This document shows positions 49,990 to 51,082 of a stretch of DNA of 51,082 nt, one piece after another (the first letter of the stretch is position 1; each line of letters begins with the position of its first letter). Origin of the DNA: a virus (lineage: Duplodnaviria; Caudoviricetes); IMG/VR virus record IMGVR_UViG_3300036859_000729, positions 1 through 51,082 of that record. One strand, written 5' to 3'. The notes under the pieces were generated by a model, which worked only from the letters and a program-made list of their open reading frames with translations, was not told the DNA's origin and ran no database searches. The translations under genes were made by a program, and so were the position numbers.

Positions 49990-50751
49990 TCACTCGTTGA
50001 TGATGAAAATCCGGTAGGTCGCTACGGGCCTGTCGGGGGGTGGGAAATGGGTTACCGAGATGCCTCGAATGTTGACGTTCCAGATGGGGCGCCACGGCGG
50101 CGGGTTGAGCTGCACGCCGGCAGGAAGGGGCTCGGCGGGGGCGAAGAATCCTGGGTAGAGGCCGCGACTCTCCGCCGTGATTGCGACGGAGCGGGGAGGG
50201 GCGAGGGGAAGGACCTGACTCGTCTCCCCACGGGGCGGCTCCTCGAACTGGCCGAGAAACTGGGCCCGCGACGCAGCCGAGGCGGAGCGTGGGGTGGCTG
50301 GCCGGAAGGCGACACTCGCCGCCCCAACCGGCCTCTCCTCCACCGGCACCATGCCAAGGAAGCGAAACGCGGGGGCTCCCGGTCGAAGGGAGGTAGGGGC
50401 AAATGGCTTCCCGAGGCTCGCCATCCCTCGCGGCTTCTCCTCCGTCGACACGAAGCCAGGGAAGCGGCCCCTCGACGGCGAGGTGAGCGGGACGAAGGCC
50501 GTGCCCTGCGGCATCAGCCCATAGATGGTGGAGGGCGGTTTGGGCTCTTCCTGCGTGAGCCCTCGATTGATGTAGGTGAGTTTCCACGCAGGAACGCCAC
50601 CTGTAAAGAGCGCTCGGGTGCTGGCCTCTCCCGGAGGAGGCGTCGCCGCGGCGACTTCCCGAATCCCTTGCTGCTGCGGCCGGAAGGGGGCGAAGGAACG
50701 GGCGAAGGGCCGCTGAGCGTAGGTAGGTCTGCGCGCGGTTACGTCTGCCAT
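49990..50751 (-). CDS. Pro-rich protein with ~34-aa degenerate repeats
   Basis: Repeated G....EE.P.G.AS units. Confidence 0.65.
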   Translation of the reverse strand: MADVTARRPTYAQRPFARSFAPFRPQQQGIREVAAATPPPGEASTRALFTGGVPAWKLTYINRGLTQEEPKPPSTIYGLMPQGTAFVPLTSPSRGRFPGFVSTEEKPRGMASLGKPFAPTSLRPGAPAFRFLGMVPVEERPVGAASVAFRPATPRSASAASRAQFLGQFEEPPRGETSQVLPLAPPRSVAITAESRGLYPGFFAPAEPLPAGVQLNPPPWRPIWNVNIRGISVTHFPPPDRPVATYRIFIINE

Positions 50752-50780
50752 TTAGAGGCCCTTCAAGCCCGTCCACGGTC

Positions 50781-51082
50781 TTACTTCGGCTCGTAGATGA
50801 TGTGAGCCGAGATCGCCCCGACCGTGCCGCCGGTGAACGCGGAGAGGGAGGATTCCCCAAGGGCCGCGGTGTTGCCGAGGATGCTGAACTGTTCGTTCAT
50901 GTCGGCGATCCAGCGAATGATGCCACCCCACGCGTTGAGGCCGAGGTTGAGGCGGGCATCGGTGGTGACAGCGCTCCGCTGCCCACCCGTCGCAGCGGCA
51001 ACGAAGGTTACGGCGGCGGCTGCCAGCGCCGCCGTCGAGGGGTGCATCGGGCCGTCGCTGTTCGGGGCGGCCAGGGCCGTCG
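50781..51082 (-). CDS. Putative virion protein, 3' part of the join-spanning gene
   Basis: In frame with the ORF starting at 387; stop at 50781. Confidence 0.8.
   Translation of the reverse strand, partial: TALAAPNSDGPMHPSTAALAAAAVTFVAAATGGQRSAVTTDARLNLGLNAWGGIIRWIADMNEQFSILGNTAALGESSLSAFTGGTVGAISAHIIYEPK
50904..51082. repeat. Terminal direct repeat / assembly overlap, copy 2
   Basis: Same sequence as 1-179 with one mismatch. Confidence 0.95.

Noticed and set aside
1-51082. Stop-codon reassignment, tRNA genes, inteins or introns
   Set aside because: Core genes are full length in the standard code; no cloverleaf with T-loop GTTCRA context and no intein or intron signatures were recognised by eye (tRNAscan-SE not run).

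Overview
The window is an apparently complete, circular ~50.9-kb tailed dsDNA phage genome with podovirus-type organisation. Bases 1-179 repeat at 50904-51082 with one mismatch, and one gene reads across the join. The minus strand carries the late arm: putative TerS, lysozyme and holin, TerL, portal, a GroES-like co-chaperonin, scaffold, major capsid, several decoration/fibre-like genes, P22 gp4/gp10-like tail proteins, three ejection-type proteins, a beta-helix tailspike and a second fibre. The plus strand carries the early/replication arm: small early genes, a CCA/poly(A)-type nucleotidyltransferase, a free beta-helix protein, a ~5-kb accessory island, a PD-(D/E)XK nuclease, a minimal kinase, an AAA ATPase, SSB-like proteins, MazG-like proteins, a ParB-DNA methyltransferase fusion, DUF6378, a UDG+exonuclease ORF, a family A polymerase ORF and a DUF3987-like ATPase. 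I recognised no integrase, RNA polymerase, primase, tRNA, CRISPR array or reverse transcriptase. The most notable observations are: (1) a DNA polymerase split inside its proofreading domain, with a variant UDG domain and His at the 762-equivalent position; (2) an accessory island whose modules are joined by families of short repeated junction sequences; (3) an origin-like element with inverted repeats, 18-bp-spaced repeats and G-runs; (4) repeated hairpin+RBS leaders and palindromic operator-like sites; (5) a shared ADxLLxEL peptide in several proteins; (6) a candidate structured ncRNA. All family assignments come from motif recognition by eye, not from database searches.
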